Origin: an uncultured Gammaproteobacteria bacterium
GTDB taxonomy: Bacteria > Patescibacteriota > Patescibacteriia > DYHP01
Direction: 5' to 3'
DNA length: 59,435 nucleotides
Assembly: GCA_964525225.1 (NCBI GenBank)
Contig: CAZGDX010000002.1
Location: 1 to 59,435, forward strand
Part shown: in pieces, positions 26,551-35,099 of the stretch
Layout: each line of letters begins with the position of its first letter
Numbering within the stretch: the first letter of the stretch is position 1
The notes under the pieces: generated by a model
The model's input: the letters and a program-made list of their open reading frames with translations, nothing else
Told to the model about the DNA's origin: nothing
Databases searched by the model: none
Made by a program: the position numbers and the translations under genes

Positions 26551-26605
26551 AGGGGCGAAAATTTTAAAGTTTAAATTATAAATTTTAAATCAAATCCGAA
26601 TTTTC

Positions 26606-26635
26606 TCCGCCCAAGGCGGATGCGCCTCGGGCGCA
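26606..26635 (-). terminator. Two abutting GC mini-hairpins after the TsaB-like gene (terminator-like, weak U-tract)
   Basis: tccgcc-caa-ggcgga immediately followed by tgcgcc-tcg-ggcgca. Confidence 0.35.
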
Positions 26636-26669
26636 ATTGTTTGATAATTGAAAAATTGATAATTGAAAA

Positions 26670-27068
26670 TTATTTAACCGTGATATTCGGTTCCCTGTCG
26701 TAAACTGGAAAGATCATTCTTCCCGCCTTTGTTTTTTTAATCAGTTCCAGTCCTTTTTTTACCATATCTTTCTCTCCGAAAAATTCACTCCTGCCCAAAC
26801 CCGCGACCGGAATATCCCAAGCAAAAGAAAGCGTGTTGGCAATAGAAACTTTTCCGCGGGAAATACTGAAAGAATCAGGACCGGCAACCGCGACTATGCC
26901 GAAAATTTTTTGATTTTTTATTATCTCGGAAATTGCCGGCAAAATATCTTTTTTGCCTTTTGCAACTTTTCTTTTTATTATCTTTCCGACGCCGTCAACA
27001 ATCAAAATTTTTATCTGTTCAACTGTTTTGTCCAAAAACAAAAACATATGAGTATGTTTGGTATTCAA
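26670..27068 (-). CDS. TsaB (YeaZ)-like N-terminal domain protein
   Basis: 132 aa. VAVAGPDSFSISRGKVSIANTLSFAWDIPVAGL resembles the TsaB GPGSFTGLRIG...A..L......P core. Short and divergent. Confidence 0.4.
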   Translation of the reverse strand: MNTKHTHMFLFLDKTVEQIKILIVDGVGKIIKRKVAKGKKDILPAISEIIKNQKIFGIVAVAGPDSFSISRGKVSIANTLSFAWDIPVAGLGRSEFFGEKDMVKKGLELIKKTKAGRMIFPVYDREPNITVK

Positions 27069-27671
27069 TTATAATTCGCCGTGCGCAACAATGTATTTTT
27101 CATCAAAAATTCTGCCGATAAACCGGTCGCTTATATCCTTTCTGTATTTATATTCTTCTTCATCCATCAATGTGTAATTTATCTCAAATCCCAAGCCAAT
27201 TTCAAACTGGCGGATTATATCGCGCAATTTATCTCGGTTTATTGAACCGGCAACCACCAAATCGGTTTCTGTTTTTTTCGCGCCTGTAAAAATTCCTGTT
27301 AAGATTACCAACGAGACCTTGTTTGTTCCCTTTATCGCGTCAATTAAGTCCTTGCTCAAGAAAAGATGCGACTTGGCGAACAGCGCTTTTAATTCCGGGA
27401 AAAGAATAAAATTCTGATTGATGGCAAAATATTTTTTGTCCGTCATGGAATTTTTATTATTTTCCGGCTCTATCTGCACGATAAAATTTTCTTTCAGAAG
27501 CCCTTCCAATTCCCTCCTGATGGCATTGATTTGAACACCAACGCGACGCGAAAGCTCGCGCACAAAAAACTTTTTTTCCGGCTGGTTAAAAAGGGTGTAT
27601 AAAAGATGCACGCGCGTCTTTGAACCAAATAAGTGTTCAAGCGCCGATGAAGAATGTTCTATTTTTTGCAT
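27069..27671 (-). CDS. Winged-helix (ArsR-like) DNA-binding domain protein
   Basis: 200 aa. LFGSKTRVHLLYTLFNQPEKKFFVRELSRRVGVQINAIRRELEGL is a typical wHTH. C-terminal domain unknown. Confidence 0.45.
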   Translation of the reverse strand: MQKIEHSSSALEHLFGSKTRVHLLYTLFNQPEKKFFVRELSRRVGVQINAIRRELEGLLKENFIVQIEPENNKNSMTDKKYFAINQNFILFPELKALFAKSHLFLSKDLIDAIKGTNKVSLVILTGIFTGAKKTETDLVVAGSINRDKLRDIIRQFEIGLGFEINYTLMDEEEYKYRKDISDRFIGRIFDEKYIVAHGEL

Positions 27672-27799
27672 ATCGTTTATATTATTTCTGTTATTCCCTC
27701 CGCGATAAATTGTAGCAAAAGACGGATTTTTTTACAAATACGGACCAAACGCCAAAACAATACTGCGATTCTATTTATTTTTCGCCCTTGTTAAAAATT

Positions 27800-27828
27800 T
27801 TGTCAATATTTTATCTATATTGTATAAT
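27800..27828 (+). promoter_or_regulatory. Sigma70-type promoter TTGTCA-17-TATAAT
   Basis: -35 at 27800-27805, 17-nt spacer, -10 at 27823-27828. Lies inside the TTG-extended ORF-track model. Confidence 0.65.
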
Positions 27829-27847
27829 TATATATGGACAAACATAT

Positions 27848-30157
27848 ATGCTTAATTCACAGGTTAAAACATCCGAGATTCTTTTAAGCGGCAACCAGCC
27901 GGGCGGACTTGTGATTAATTTTGTATCTCCGGTTCAGATAAATACCGACCCGTCGGGAAAAACTTTTTTGTTCGGATTGGTTCAAAGCGCCAATCAGCAA
28001 TTTTTAAAAATAATCAGCGACACAATTGTTTTCTTGGAAAATCCGGAAAACATAGCCGAATCGCAAAAAAAATACTCCCGGTTCTCTTCTCCGCAAATAG
28101 CGGTTGAGGCGCAATTGGAATCAATTTTAAAAAACATAAATACAAAAATAAATTCCTGCTTCATTGAAAATGACATAAAATCCGCGTTCAGAAATTCAAA
28201 TATTTTATTGGCTTTGCAAAACGAGAACGCATTAAGTTTGTCGGGGCGGGGAGATATTTGCGCGATAATTTTACGTCCGAGAAAAAAACAAACCGGAATA
28301 AATTTTCAGGAAACATACGAAGTTCTGGACCTGACAAAACAATCCGAAGAAAATTCCAATAACGGCGACGACGGACTGTTTCCGAATTTTTTAAGCGGGA
28401 ATATGAACGGCGGAGACACTTTGATAATATCCACAAAAAATTTATGGGAAAAAATCAGCGAAGAAAATTTAATACGCGGAATCGCGGCCCTTCCTCCGCA
28501 AAGCGCGATTGAATTTTTAAAAAGCAAAATCGGCAGATGGAATAATAACGGCGCCGCGGCTTTTATTTTAAAACTTGCCGGCAACGAAAACGAATCTTTG
28601 CAAAAAGAATCGCCGCGCGCGCGATTGCATTTTGGAAATTTCTTTAAAAATTCAATGGATGAACTCCGGAACGTTGAGAAAAAAACGGAAAATGTGCTTT
28701 CGCATCCGAATCTTTTTAAAAAATACGGGGAATCGATTGGTAATTTGCTGTCAAAAATGGAAAGACAGGAACCCGCCAAATTTCCTCCGAGAAAAATCGC
28801 GCGGCAAATTAACGGTTCCATAACCAAAAATTTAAGAAAATTTTTAGAGAACTTATGGTTCGCTTCCAAAATGGCGACAATTCTTTTTTTGAGAACATCC
28901 TACCGCCTTTTTTGCGTTGCCACCAACTTTAACGGCGCGCGCGATAAAGCGCGGGAAGGCATAAAAAAAGATTTTAGCGACCATAAAAACAAATTATTTT
29001 CGTGGTTTAACGCTCTTCCCAAAAAAAGCAAGTATCTTCTCGTATCATCAATTTTCTTGGCGTTTATTTTTACCCAAAGTATCTTTTTATTTTCAGCCCA
29101 ACAAAGCCATGCAGAAGAAAAAGCGGCTTATAATGCCATAATTCAAGATATAAAAAATATGACTGAAGCCGCTGAGGCAAGCATGATTTACGGAGACAGC
29201 AAAAAAGCGGAAAATATTTTGGCTGACGCGGAAAATAAAATTTCCAAACTTTCTCAAAAAACCAAAAATGAGAAAAAACAAGTAGCATATCTCACACAGA
29301 TATTGAACGAAAAACTGAAAAAAATTTTGGCGGTTATTGAAGTCGCGGAGCCGCGGCTTTTAGCCGATTTGGGAAACGCGGACGGAGAACATTTGGCGCA
29401 AAGCGGAAAAGACATTTACATTTTAAGCCCCGTCAGCGCGTCAATTTTGAAATTAGATCCGGAAACCGGCAGAGTGAGCCCGTTTATCTCTTTTGAAAAC
29501 ACGGAAGCAACTCCTGAACAATGGATGCAAACGGACACGCAAAAAATTCTGGTTTGGAAAAACACGGAAACCGGAATTTCAACTCTCGCGGAAATAAATT
29601 TGAAAGATAAAAAAATCAGCCCATTAAGTTTTAACGCGGATTACGCGCTTAAAGATTTCAAAATTTATAACAGCAAAATATACGCGCTTTCTTCTTCAAA
29701 ACAGCAAATTATAAAACACAATGGCGCGACGGGAGGTTTTGGCAAAGGAAGCGACTGGGCAAAAGACGGGCAAGCGGAACTGGCAAACGCGTTCGCGATG
29801 GCGATGGATGGCGCGATTTACGCCCTGAAAACCAATGGAAATATTATAAAATATTATGCCGGAAAATTAACCGGATTTTACGCGCGCGTTCCGAAAGTTA
29901 TCGGGCAAGAAGAATTAAAATTGGAAAAAGCAAAAATGTGGACAAACGACGAAGCGAAATATATTTATGTTTTAGACCAAACAAACAACCGTATTTTGGC
30001 TTTTGACAAAAATGGCGTTTTAAAAGGACAATATATATCCCCTGTCTTCAAAGACCTAAAAGATTTTGTGATAAACGAATCGGAACATAAAATATTTGTT
30101 CTCTCCGGTACGCAAGTGCTCGGCATTATCGCCTCGCATATTGAGTCCAACAAATAA
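27848..30157 (+). CDS. Large hypothetical membrane protein with a C-terminal NHL/beta-propeller-like region (start re-assigned to ATG 27848)
   Basis: 769 aa from MLNSQVKT. Mid-protein TM helix (YLLVSSIFLAFIFTQSIFLF). C-terminal repeats such as YIYVLDQTNNRILAFDKNGVLKGQY. Confidence 0.55.
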   Translation: MLNSQVKTSEILLSGNQPGGLVINFVSPVQINTDPSGKTFLFGLVQSANQQFLKIISDTIVFLENPENIAESQKKYSRFSSPQIAVEAQLESILKNINTKINSCFIENDIKSAFRNSNILLALQNENALSLSGRGDICAIILRPRKKQTGINFQETYEVLDLTKQSEENSNNGDDGLFPNFLSGNMNGGDTLIISTKNLWEKISEENLIRGIAALPPQSAIEFLKSKIGRWNNNGAAAFILKLAGNENESLQKESPRARLHFGNFFKNSMDELRNVEKKTENVLSHPNLFKKYGESIGNLLSKMERQEPAKFPPRKIARQINGSITKNLRKFLENLWFASKMATILFLRTSYRLFCVATNFNGARDKAREGIKKDFSDHKNKLFSWFNALPKKSKYLLVSSIFLAFIFTQSIFLFSAQQSHAEEKAAYNAIIQDIKNMTEAAEASMIYGDSKKAENILADAENKISKLSQKTKNEKKQVAYLTQILNEKLKKILAVIEVAEPRLLADLGNADGEHLAQSGKDIYILSPVSASILKLDPETGRVSPFISFENTEATPEQWMQTDTQKILVWKNTETGISTLAEINLKDKKISPLSFNADYALKDFKIYNSKIYALSSSKQQIIKHNGATGGFGKGSDWAKDGQAELANAFAMAMDGAIYALKTNGNIIKYYAGKLTGFYARVPKVIGQEELKLEKAKMWTNDEAKYIYVLDQTNNRILAFDKNGVLKGQYISPVFKDLKDFVINESEHKIFVLSGTQVLGIIASHIESNK

Positions 30158-30165
30158 AAAATTAA

Positions 30166-30196
30166 ACAAAAAATCCTCCATAAGGAGGATTTTTTG
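30166..30196. terminator. Bidirectional terminator between the 27848 gene and rplL
   Basis: aaaaaa-atcctcc-ataa-ggaggat-ttttt. Confidence 0.75.
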
Positions 30197-30204
30197 AATT
30201 GATT

Positions 30205-30606
30205 TTATTTCAATGTAACTTTCGCGCCGGCTGCTTCCAATTTGGTCTTCATTTCTTCAGCGCTGGCCTTGCTTACTCCCTCTTTCAAAACCTTCGGAGC
30301 CGCTTCAACCAAATCCTTCGCGTCCTTCAAACCCATTTCCGTGAGTTCGCGAACAACCTTGATTACGGCGATTTTATTTGCTCCGATTTCCGTGATTTCC
30401 ACGTCAAAGGTTGTTTTTTCTTCTGCCGGAGCAGCTGCCGCCGCGCCGCCCGCTGCCGCCACCGCTACCGTGGCTGCCGCTGAAACGCCAAATTTTTCTT
30501 CCAAAATTTTAACGAGTTCGGCTAAGTCCAAAACGGACATTTTTTCCACTTGTTCAACGAGAGATTGAAATTTCTCTGGAACAACGACATTTTTTTCGTC
30601 TGCCAT
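30205..30606 (-). CDS. rplL: 50S ribosomal protein L7/L12
   Basis: 133 aa. [20 protein letters not shown], Ala-rich hinge, [21 protein letters not shown]. Confidence 0.93.
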   Translation of the reverse strand: MADEKNVVVPEKFQSLVEQVEKMSVLDLAELVKILEEKFGVSAAATVAVAAAGGAAAAAPAEEKTTFDVEITEIGANKIAVIKVVRELTEMGLKDAKDLVEAAPKVLKEGVSKASAEEMKTKLEAAGAKVTLK

Positions 30607-30709
30607 ACTTTATTATGATGCAAATCTACAAATGATATGCCAATCTACAAATAATTTATTCGCGTCATTCGCATTCCATTCGCATGATATTTGCATTATG
30701 TTAAAAAAT

Positions 30710-31228
30710 TTATTTTTTATTTTTAATTGAATTAAGAACTTGGACCAACCCTCTCAAGTTTCCAGCCAGCACATTAACAAATCCGGAAACCGGGGCGTTG
30801 ATCGAGCCGACCAATTTCGCAAGAAGCTGTTCCCTGCTCGGAAGCTTGGCAAGCTGTAAAACCATGGTTTGGTCGGCCAATTTTCCGAAGAAAACACCGC
30901 CCAAAATTTTTGCCGCTTCGTGCGCTTTCACGAAATCATGCAAAATTTTTGCCACAACGACTTCGTCTTTCAAGCTGATGGCAATGCCATAATTTTCTTT
31001 AATATCTTTCGGATTTACTTCCACTCCGGCTTCTTTCATCGCAACCGAAAGCAACGTCTTTTTAGGCACGGTATACTCAATGCCCGCCTCTTTGCATTTT
31101 CTTCTTAAATCCTCAATATCTTTCACAGTTAATCCTTCGTATCCGAAAAAAACCAGGGACTTCATTTGCGAAATTTTTTCTTTTAGATTGCTGACTATTT
31201 TATTTTTCTGTTCCTTGTTTTTAGCCAT
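30710..31228 (-). CDS. rplJ: 50S ribosomal protein L10
   Basis: Start taken at MAKNKEQKNKIVSNLKEK (ATG 31228). The ORF track extends to ATG 31261. GLTVKDIEDLRRKCKEAG is typical of L10. Confidence 0.85.
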   Translation of the reverse strand: MAKNKEQKNKIVSNLKEKISQMKSLVFFGYEGLTVKDIEDLRRKCKEAGIEYTVPKKTLLSVAMKEAGVEVNPKDIKENYGIAISLKDEVVVAKILHDFVKAHEAAKILGGVFFGKLADQTMVLQLAKLPSREQLLAKLVGSINAPVSGFVNVLAGNLRGLVQVLNSIKNKK

Positions 31229-31465
31229 ATAATTAAAAATCTGCGGTTTAACCACAGACATAAATAAAATAATTAAATTATTTTATCCCGCCCAAAGCTC
31301 GAAGAACAATCCCGTCTGATTGCCGGTTAGTATCACGGAAACGCCTGCGGCTTCCAAAATACTCCGGGGATTGTTGAGCTCAAAGCTTTAAGCGGGGCTT
31401 TGCCTCGGCGAGCTTTGAAGATTAAGTCCCAAAGGACACTCGCTGTCTATGGTATGTTTTAATTT
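31229..31465 (-). promoter_or_regulatory. Structured rplJL 5' leader (L10-leader-like, family not verified)
   Basis: About 237 nt between the predicted TSS and the rplJ start. 31305-31313 pairs with 31367-31375. 31293-31301 can pair either with 31409-31417 or partly with 31376-31380, and these helices are mutually exclusive. Confidence 0.4.
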
Positions 31466-31471
31466 GATTAC

Positions 31472-31500
31472 ATCTTAACATAAGCGTAAAAATATGTCAA
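31472..31500 (-). promoter_or_regulatory. Sigma70-type promoter TTGACA-17-TAAGAT for rplJL
   Basis: Minus strand: -35 is the reverse complement of 31495-31500, 17-nt spacer, -10 is the reverse complement of 31472-31477. Confidence 0.6.
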
Positions 31501-31663
31501 GCGGCAATGAAGCACGCCGAGCTTACGCTCGGGATATCCAATTCTTTTTTCAATTCTGAAATCTCTCACCGCTGTTCCGCTCTTTTATGAGTTTGATATA
31601 TTTATCTCTCAACGCATTCATCCCGTCGCAAAAGCTATGGAGCGTCTGCGATTGCGGTGAGGG

Positions 31664-31701
31664 ATAAAAAAGCCCCGCTTTCCACAAGGGAAAAACGGGG
31701 T
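31664..31701 (-). terminator. Rho-independent terminator of the metzincin/beta-barrel cassette
   Basis: Minus strand: accccg-tttttcccttgtggaaag-cggggc followed by TTTTTTAT. Confidence 0.7.
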
Positions 31702-31716
31702 AAAAGAACAAAACGG

Positions 31717-32325
31717 TCAGCGAGCCGGACAGTCGTAGAAGACACAGAGTTGAGCGACATCTTCCTGCGTAATCTCCACGTACTCGCCTCTTGGCGTGCA
31801 CATCCCGTTACCGGTCATCAATGACGCGTCACAGGCCACATCGTTATGGCCGGGTCCGAGAAAATGATCACTCTCATGAGTGACTAAGTTAGAAATGTAG
31901 ACGAAGTAGTCGTCTCTCTCGCTCGCGTCAAACCGGGGAGAAAAATTGTACCAATACAGCAAAATGTCGCTGTGTAGCCCATAACCCGATAATATCCTGC
32001 CGTTGGCGGCGGCGTATCTCCTTTCAAAGTACAGCGTGTCCTCATTAGGCTCGATGAGCTTATAGACGACATGTCTGTTGTCGTCAATATCATCAAAATC
32101 AAACTCGCCGCTGCTGTCCTCATGGAGACCGACGAAGTTGAAGAAATCCAACCCCGTCACCTTCTCTAAGCGCTCCATTCCGTAGATGATCGCGTCCTGC
32201 TCCTCTTCGTCCCACCGCGAATCCAGCCAGATGGGAATAGGACCGTCACTGATGTCCTGTCCGTAGCACCCGAACATCGTGAACACCGCGATGGCTAGTA
32301 CAGAGTGAGCGATACGCCGAGCCAT
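31717..32325 (-). CDS. Metzincin-type zinc metalloprotease lipoprotein
   Basis: 202 aa. Lipobox AVFTMFGC. Zinc motif HESDHFLGPGH (HExxHxxGxxH). AGGAGGT SD 5 nt upstream of the start. Confidence 0.7.
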   Translation of the reverse strand: MARRIAHSVLAIAVFTMFGCYGQDISDGPIPIWLDSRWDEEEQDAIIYGMERLEKVTGLDFFNFVGLHEDSSGEFDFDDIDDNRHVVYKLIEPNEDTLYFERRYAAANGRILSGYGLHSDILLYWYNFSPRFDASERDDYFVYISNLVTHESDHFLGPGHNDVACDASLMTGNGMCTPRGEYVEITQEDVAQLCVFYDCPAR

Positions 32326-32831
32326 AGCTGACCTCCTTTCACTGATTCCAAAAACGCCCGAAAACCATAATCCGCGTATGCTGGAATAACCCTAAATGGG
32401 TCTGGCAGGTAAACCCGCCAGTCCAGCGTGACCGCGAGCCAGTCGTTGATGCGAACTTCCGCTCCGGCACCAGCCGAGATGTCAAATGCTCTCGGCATTG
32501 TCGGGGACGAAATCTCAAACCCCTCGCCCAATGAATAGAAAATCCCCGGGTCAATGATGTGAATAGCAAAACGCGGACCGTTGTACACGTAGAACAGAGC
32601 ATTCAATCCCACGCCAAAGGGAGTCACGAAGCTCGCCTCCACACCGACCATCACACGCTCGTGCGAAAGACGGAGAAGCACCGGGAAAGACCCCGAACGC
32701 CCGTCTGTGCCCACGCCGGCAGCGACCGCGAAAGCGGCGTCAAAACCACCGTGATGCCCTGTCTCCGCCTCAGACGGCAAAGAAAGGGACGTTACCATCA
32801 AGAACACCATAAAAACCGATTTTTTCCGCAT
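32295..32831 (-). CDS. Putative beta-barrel (outer-membrane-protein-like) protein
   Basis: 178 aa. Signal peptide ...LPSEA. Alternating-hydrophobic strands (GAGAEVRINDWLAVTLDWRVYL). C-terminal LWLGVSLTLY ends in an aromatic residue. AGGAGG SD. Confidence 0.45.
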   Translation of the reverse strand: MRKKSVFMVFLMVTSLSLPSEAETGHHGGFDAAFAVAAGVGTDGRSGSFPVLLRLSHERVMVGVEASFVTPFGVGLNALFYVYNGPRFAIHIIDPGIFYSLGEGFEISSPTMPRAFDISAGAGAEVRINDWLAVTLDWRVYLPDPFRVIPAYADYGFRAFLESVKGGQLWLGVSLTLY

Positions 32832-32889
32832 CTTTTCCTCCTGTATAGGTTGTTTCTGTTATAGGTTAATGTCAACGAACTAACATATA

Positions 32890-32918
32890 ACTATAGCACA
32901 TTTTTTCACTTTTGTCAA
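32890..32918 (-). promoter_or_regulatory. Sigma70-type promoter TTGACA-17-TATAGT for the beta-barrel/metzincin cassette
   Basis: Minus strand: -35 is the reverse complement of 32913-32918, 17-nt spacer, -10 is the reverse complement of 32890-32895. Confidence 0.65.
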
Positions 32919-32960
32919 GAGGAAATGACTATATTTTGGCTAAAATTAGCTATTTATAAC

Positions 32961-32992
32961 TAAAAACACCTCTGAATTTTCAAAGGTGTTTT
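32961..32992 (-). terminator. Rho-independent terminator after metK
   Basis: aacacct/aggtgtt stem followed on the minus strand by TTTTTAGTT. Confidence 0.6.
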
Positions 32993-33005
32993 ATGAGTTT
33001 GATTG

Positions 33006-34043
33006 TTATATCACTATTACCTCTTCCCAAGGCAGTTCCGGACGGCCGAAATGACCATAAGAAGCTGTTTGCTGATATATCGGACGCAAAAGATTCAGCC
33101 GCTCAATAATCGCTTTCGGCCTGAAGTCAAATTCTTTTTTGACAACCGCGGATAAGTCCTTGCCGTCGGAACTGCGGGCGCTGACCATCAGCGGCTCCGC
33201 CCTGCCAATGGCATAAGCCACGGAAACCAGGCAATTTTTAGCGAGTTCGTTTGCCACGACATTTTTGGCAACATATCGGCACATATAAGCCGCGGACCTG
33301 TCCACTTTGGACGGGTCTTTTCCGGAAAACGCGCCGCCGCCGTGAGGCAAAAGCCCGCCATAAGTATCCACCATTATTTTTCTTCCGGTAAGTCCGGTAT
33401 CTGCCATAAACCCGCCTTTTACAAACCGGCCGGTGGGATTTATCAAAATTTCAATGTCGTCAAGCTGGCCGACTATTGGGCGTATCAGGTGGCGCGTAAG
33501 CATTTCTTTAATCACTTCGTTGGCAATGGATTCGCTGTGCTGGGTGGAAACAAGAACGGATATTACTTTTCCGTTATCCATTGTGATTTGCGATTTTCCA
33601 TCGGGTTCAAGCCAGAAAAAATCCGGATGATGTTTGCGCAAATCCGCCAGTCCTTTTGTAAGCGCGTGCGCCATTACCAAAATCTTTGGCAAAAATTCAG
33701 GCGTTTCATCCGAAGCGTATCCGTACATTATGCCCTGGTCCCCGGCTCCGCCAGTATCAACTCCCATGGCAATATCTGGAGATTGTTTTTCCAGATTCAC
33801 CAAAATTTCCAGTTTGTCGGTATGTCCGATTTTTTTATAAACTTCTTCGGCGATAAGTTCGGGACGCACTTCGGCGCGGCTTGTAATTTCTCCTCCGATT
33901 ACCAAAAGTCCGTGCGAACCGAATGTTTCTACCGCCACGCGCGCGTTCGGGTCCTGACGCAAATATTCATCCAGAATTGCATCGGATATCTGGTCGCATA
34001 TTTTATCCGGGTGGCCTTCCGCCACCGACTCTACGGTCTTCAT
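33006..34043 (-). CDS. metK: S-adenosylmethionine synthase (short form)
   Basis: 345 aa. ESVAEGHPDKICDQISDAILD, GAGDQGIMYGYA, DTYGG..PHGGGAFSGKDPSKVDRSAAY. Confidence 0.92.
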   Translation of the reverse strand: MKTVESVAEGHPDKICDQISDAILDEYLRQDPNARVAVETFGSHGLLVIGGEITSRAEVRPELIAEEVYKKIGHTDKLEILVNLEKQSPDIAMGVDTGGAGDQGIMYGYASDETPEFLPKILVMAHALTKGLADLRKHHPDFFWLEPDGKSQITMDNGKVISVLVSTQHSESIANEVIKEMLTRHLIRPIVGQLDDIEILINPTGRFVKGGFMADTGLTGRKIMVDTYGGLLPHGGGAFSGKDPSKVDRSAAYMCRYVAKNVVANELAKNCLVSVAYAIGRAEPLMVSARSSDGKDLSAVVKKEFDFRPKAIIERLNLLRPIYQQTASYGHFGRPELPWEEVIVI

Positions 34044-34106
34044 ATTTTTTAAAATTAATAATTATTATACTATTTTACAGAAGTCCGTTTAAATTAGTCA
34101 AATAGT

Positions 34107-34135
34107 TTGACATTTGACAATCAGTTTGTTAAATT
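34107..34135 (+). promoter_or_regulatory. Sigma70-type promoter TTGACA-17-TAAATT, overlapped by a palindrome
   Basis: -35 at 34107-34112, 17-nt spacer, -10 at 34130-34135. The palindrome gtcaaa-tag-tttgac (34098-34112) covers the -35. Confidence 0.6.
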
Positions 34136-34233
34136 TAAGACAAAGAGTTTTTTTACAATTCATAAACAAAAAATCAGCAAAAAAGGAAAGTCCGCCTTTG
34201 CTTGAAAGGCTTCGGCGGGCGAAAGGAAAGAAA

Positions 34234-35031
34234 ATGAACGCCAAAAGAAGTACGACGTGTTTGTTTTTATTCGTTTGTTTTGCGCTGATTATCGGATGCG
34301 GGGCTTCATCTTCTTCAGTTGGCTTCCCAGACAATCATATCCGTGGAGATTACAGCATTGATTACAGCCAAAAAGTTGCCGTTCCCATCAAAGTCACTTT
34401 CAAACTTGATGATGACGACGACCTGTCCTTGCCGGAAACCGATAGCACAAGCACGCTGTTGCCGTATATTTTTGTTGACAAAATTGCCGGCTTTGCGTTT
34501 AGCTCGGCAACCGGAAACGTCATTTCTCACGACGGTCTTGTTCTCACCAACCACCATGTTGTAGACGAAAATCCGTTCAGGATTCATGTCATGGTCGGCG
34601 AACACAGCAAAATTGCCGCTCCCGCGTCCATTGTCGCCGTTAACGAAGAAAACGACCTGGCAGTTATCAAAATCAACTATCCATTTTCAAACATTGCCCA
34701 CTTTGGCTCGGCTGATGACATCCGGATTAACCAAACCATTTATTATTGGGGATACCCTTACGGATTGTCGCAAAACAGCGCGGGCAAGTGTTTCCACCGC
34801 GGTTTCATTTCGCGGCTCAATGTCCGCAACAATTTTTTCAGCCCTCTTACCCGGTTTTATATGGGCATCCGTGGCGCTCCCGGCGTAAGCGGGTCGGGAA
34901 TTTACACCGCGGACGGACGGATTATCGGCATGATGCAAGGTTATGTTGCCAGTGGACAGCATTTCGTCGCCATTCCGGTTGACCAAATAACCGAATTCCT
35001 CCGCCTTAACAAAATTCCTTATTCCAATTGA
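34234..35031 (+). CDS. Trypsin-like (S1/PF13365-type) serine protease lipoprotein (start re-assigned to ATG 34234)
   Basis: MNAKRSTTCLFLFVCFALIIGC lipobox. Catalytic His in VLTNHHVV, Asp in DLAVIKI, Ser in GVSGSGIY. The ORF-track model begins upstream of the promoter. Confidence 0.7.
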   Translation: MNAKRSTTCLFLFVCFALIIGCGASSSSVGFPDNHIRGDYSIDYSQKVAVPIKVTFKLDDDDDLSLPETDSTSTLLPYIFVDKIAGFAFSSATGNVISHDGLVLTNHHVVDENPFRIHVMVGEHSKIAAPASIVAVNEENDLAVIKINYPFSNIAHFGSADDIRINQTIYYWGYPYGLSQNSAGKCFHRGFISRLNVRNNFFSPLTRFYMGIRGAPGVSGSGIYTADGRIIGMMQGYVASGQHFVAIPVDQITEFLRLNKIPYSN

Positions 35032-35039
35032 TCTTTTCC

Positions 35040-35070
35040 AATCCCATCTTTCACGAGATGGGATTTTTTT
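35040..35070 (+). terminator. Rho-independent terminator of the protease gene
   Basis: aatcccatct-ttcacg-agatgggatt followed by ttttt. Confidence 0.8.
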
Positions 35071-35099
35071 CAAGACAACGTTCAAGACAATCAAGACAA
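35070..35099. repeat. Three direct tcaagacaa repeats (iteron-like)
   Basis: Copies at 35070-35078, 35082-35090 and 35091-35099. The last copy runs into the 44-nt palindrome. Confidence 0.8.

Noticed and set aside
26641-26669. Tandem ttgataattgaaaa repeats (and other short tandem repeats, e.g. 35070-35099 and 236-257) considered as CRISPR arrays
   Set aside because: There are only 2-3 units of 9-15 nt with no spacers of CRISPR length, and no cas genes in the window.
31505-31540. Hairpin ccgagc-ttac-gctcgg followed by gat, considered as a truncated gtcat-family module or a terminator
   Set aside because: Only about 8 nt resemble the family termini. There is no U-tract on the relevant strand, and a proper terminator already exists at 31664-31701.
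31550-31801. 83-aa minus-strand ORF downstream of the metzincin gene
   Set aside because: It overlaps the metzincin 3' end in another frame and reads straight through the rho-independent terminator at 31664-31701. Only a 23-aa tail lies beyond the terminator, and it has no SD.
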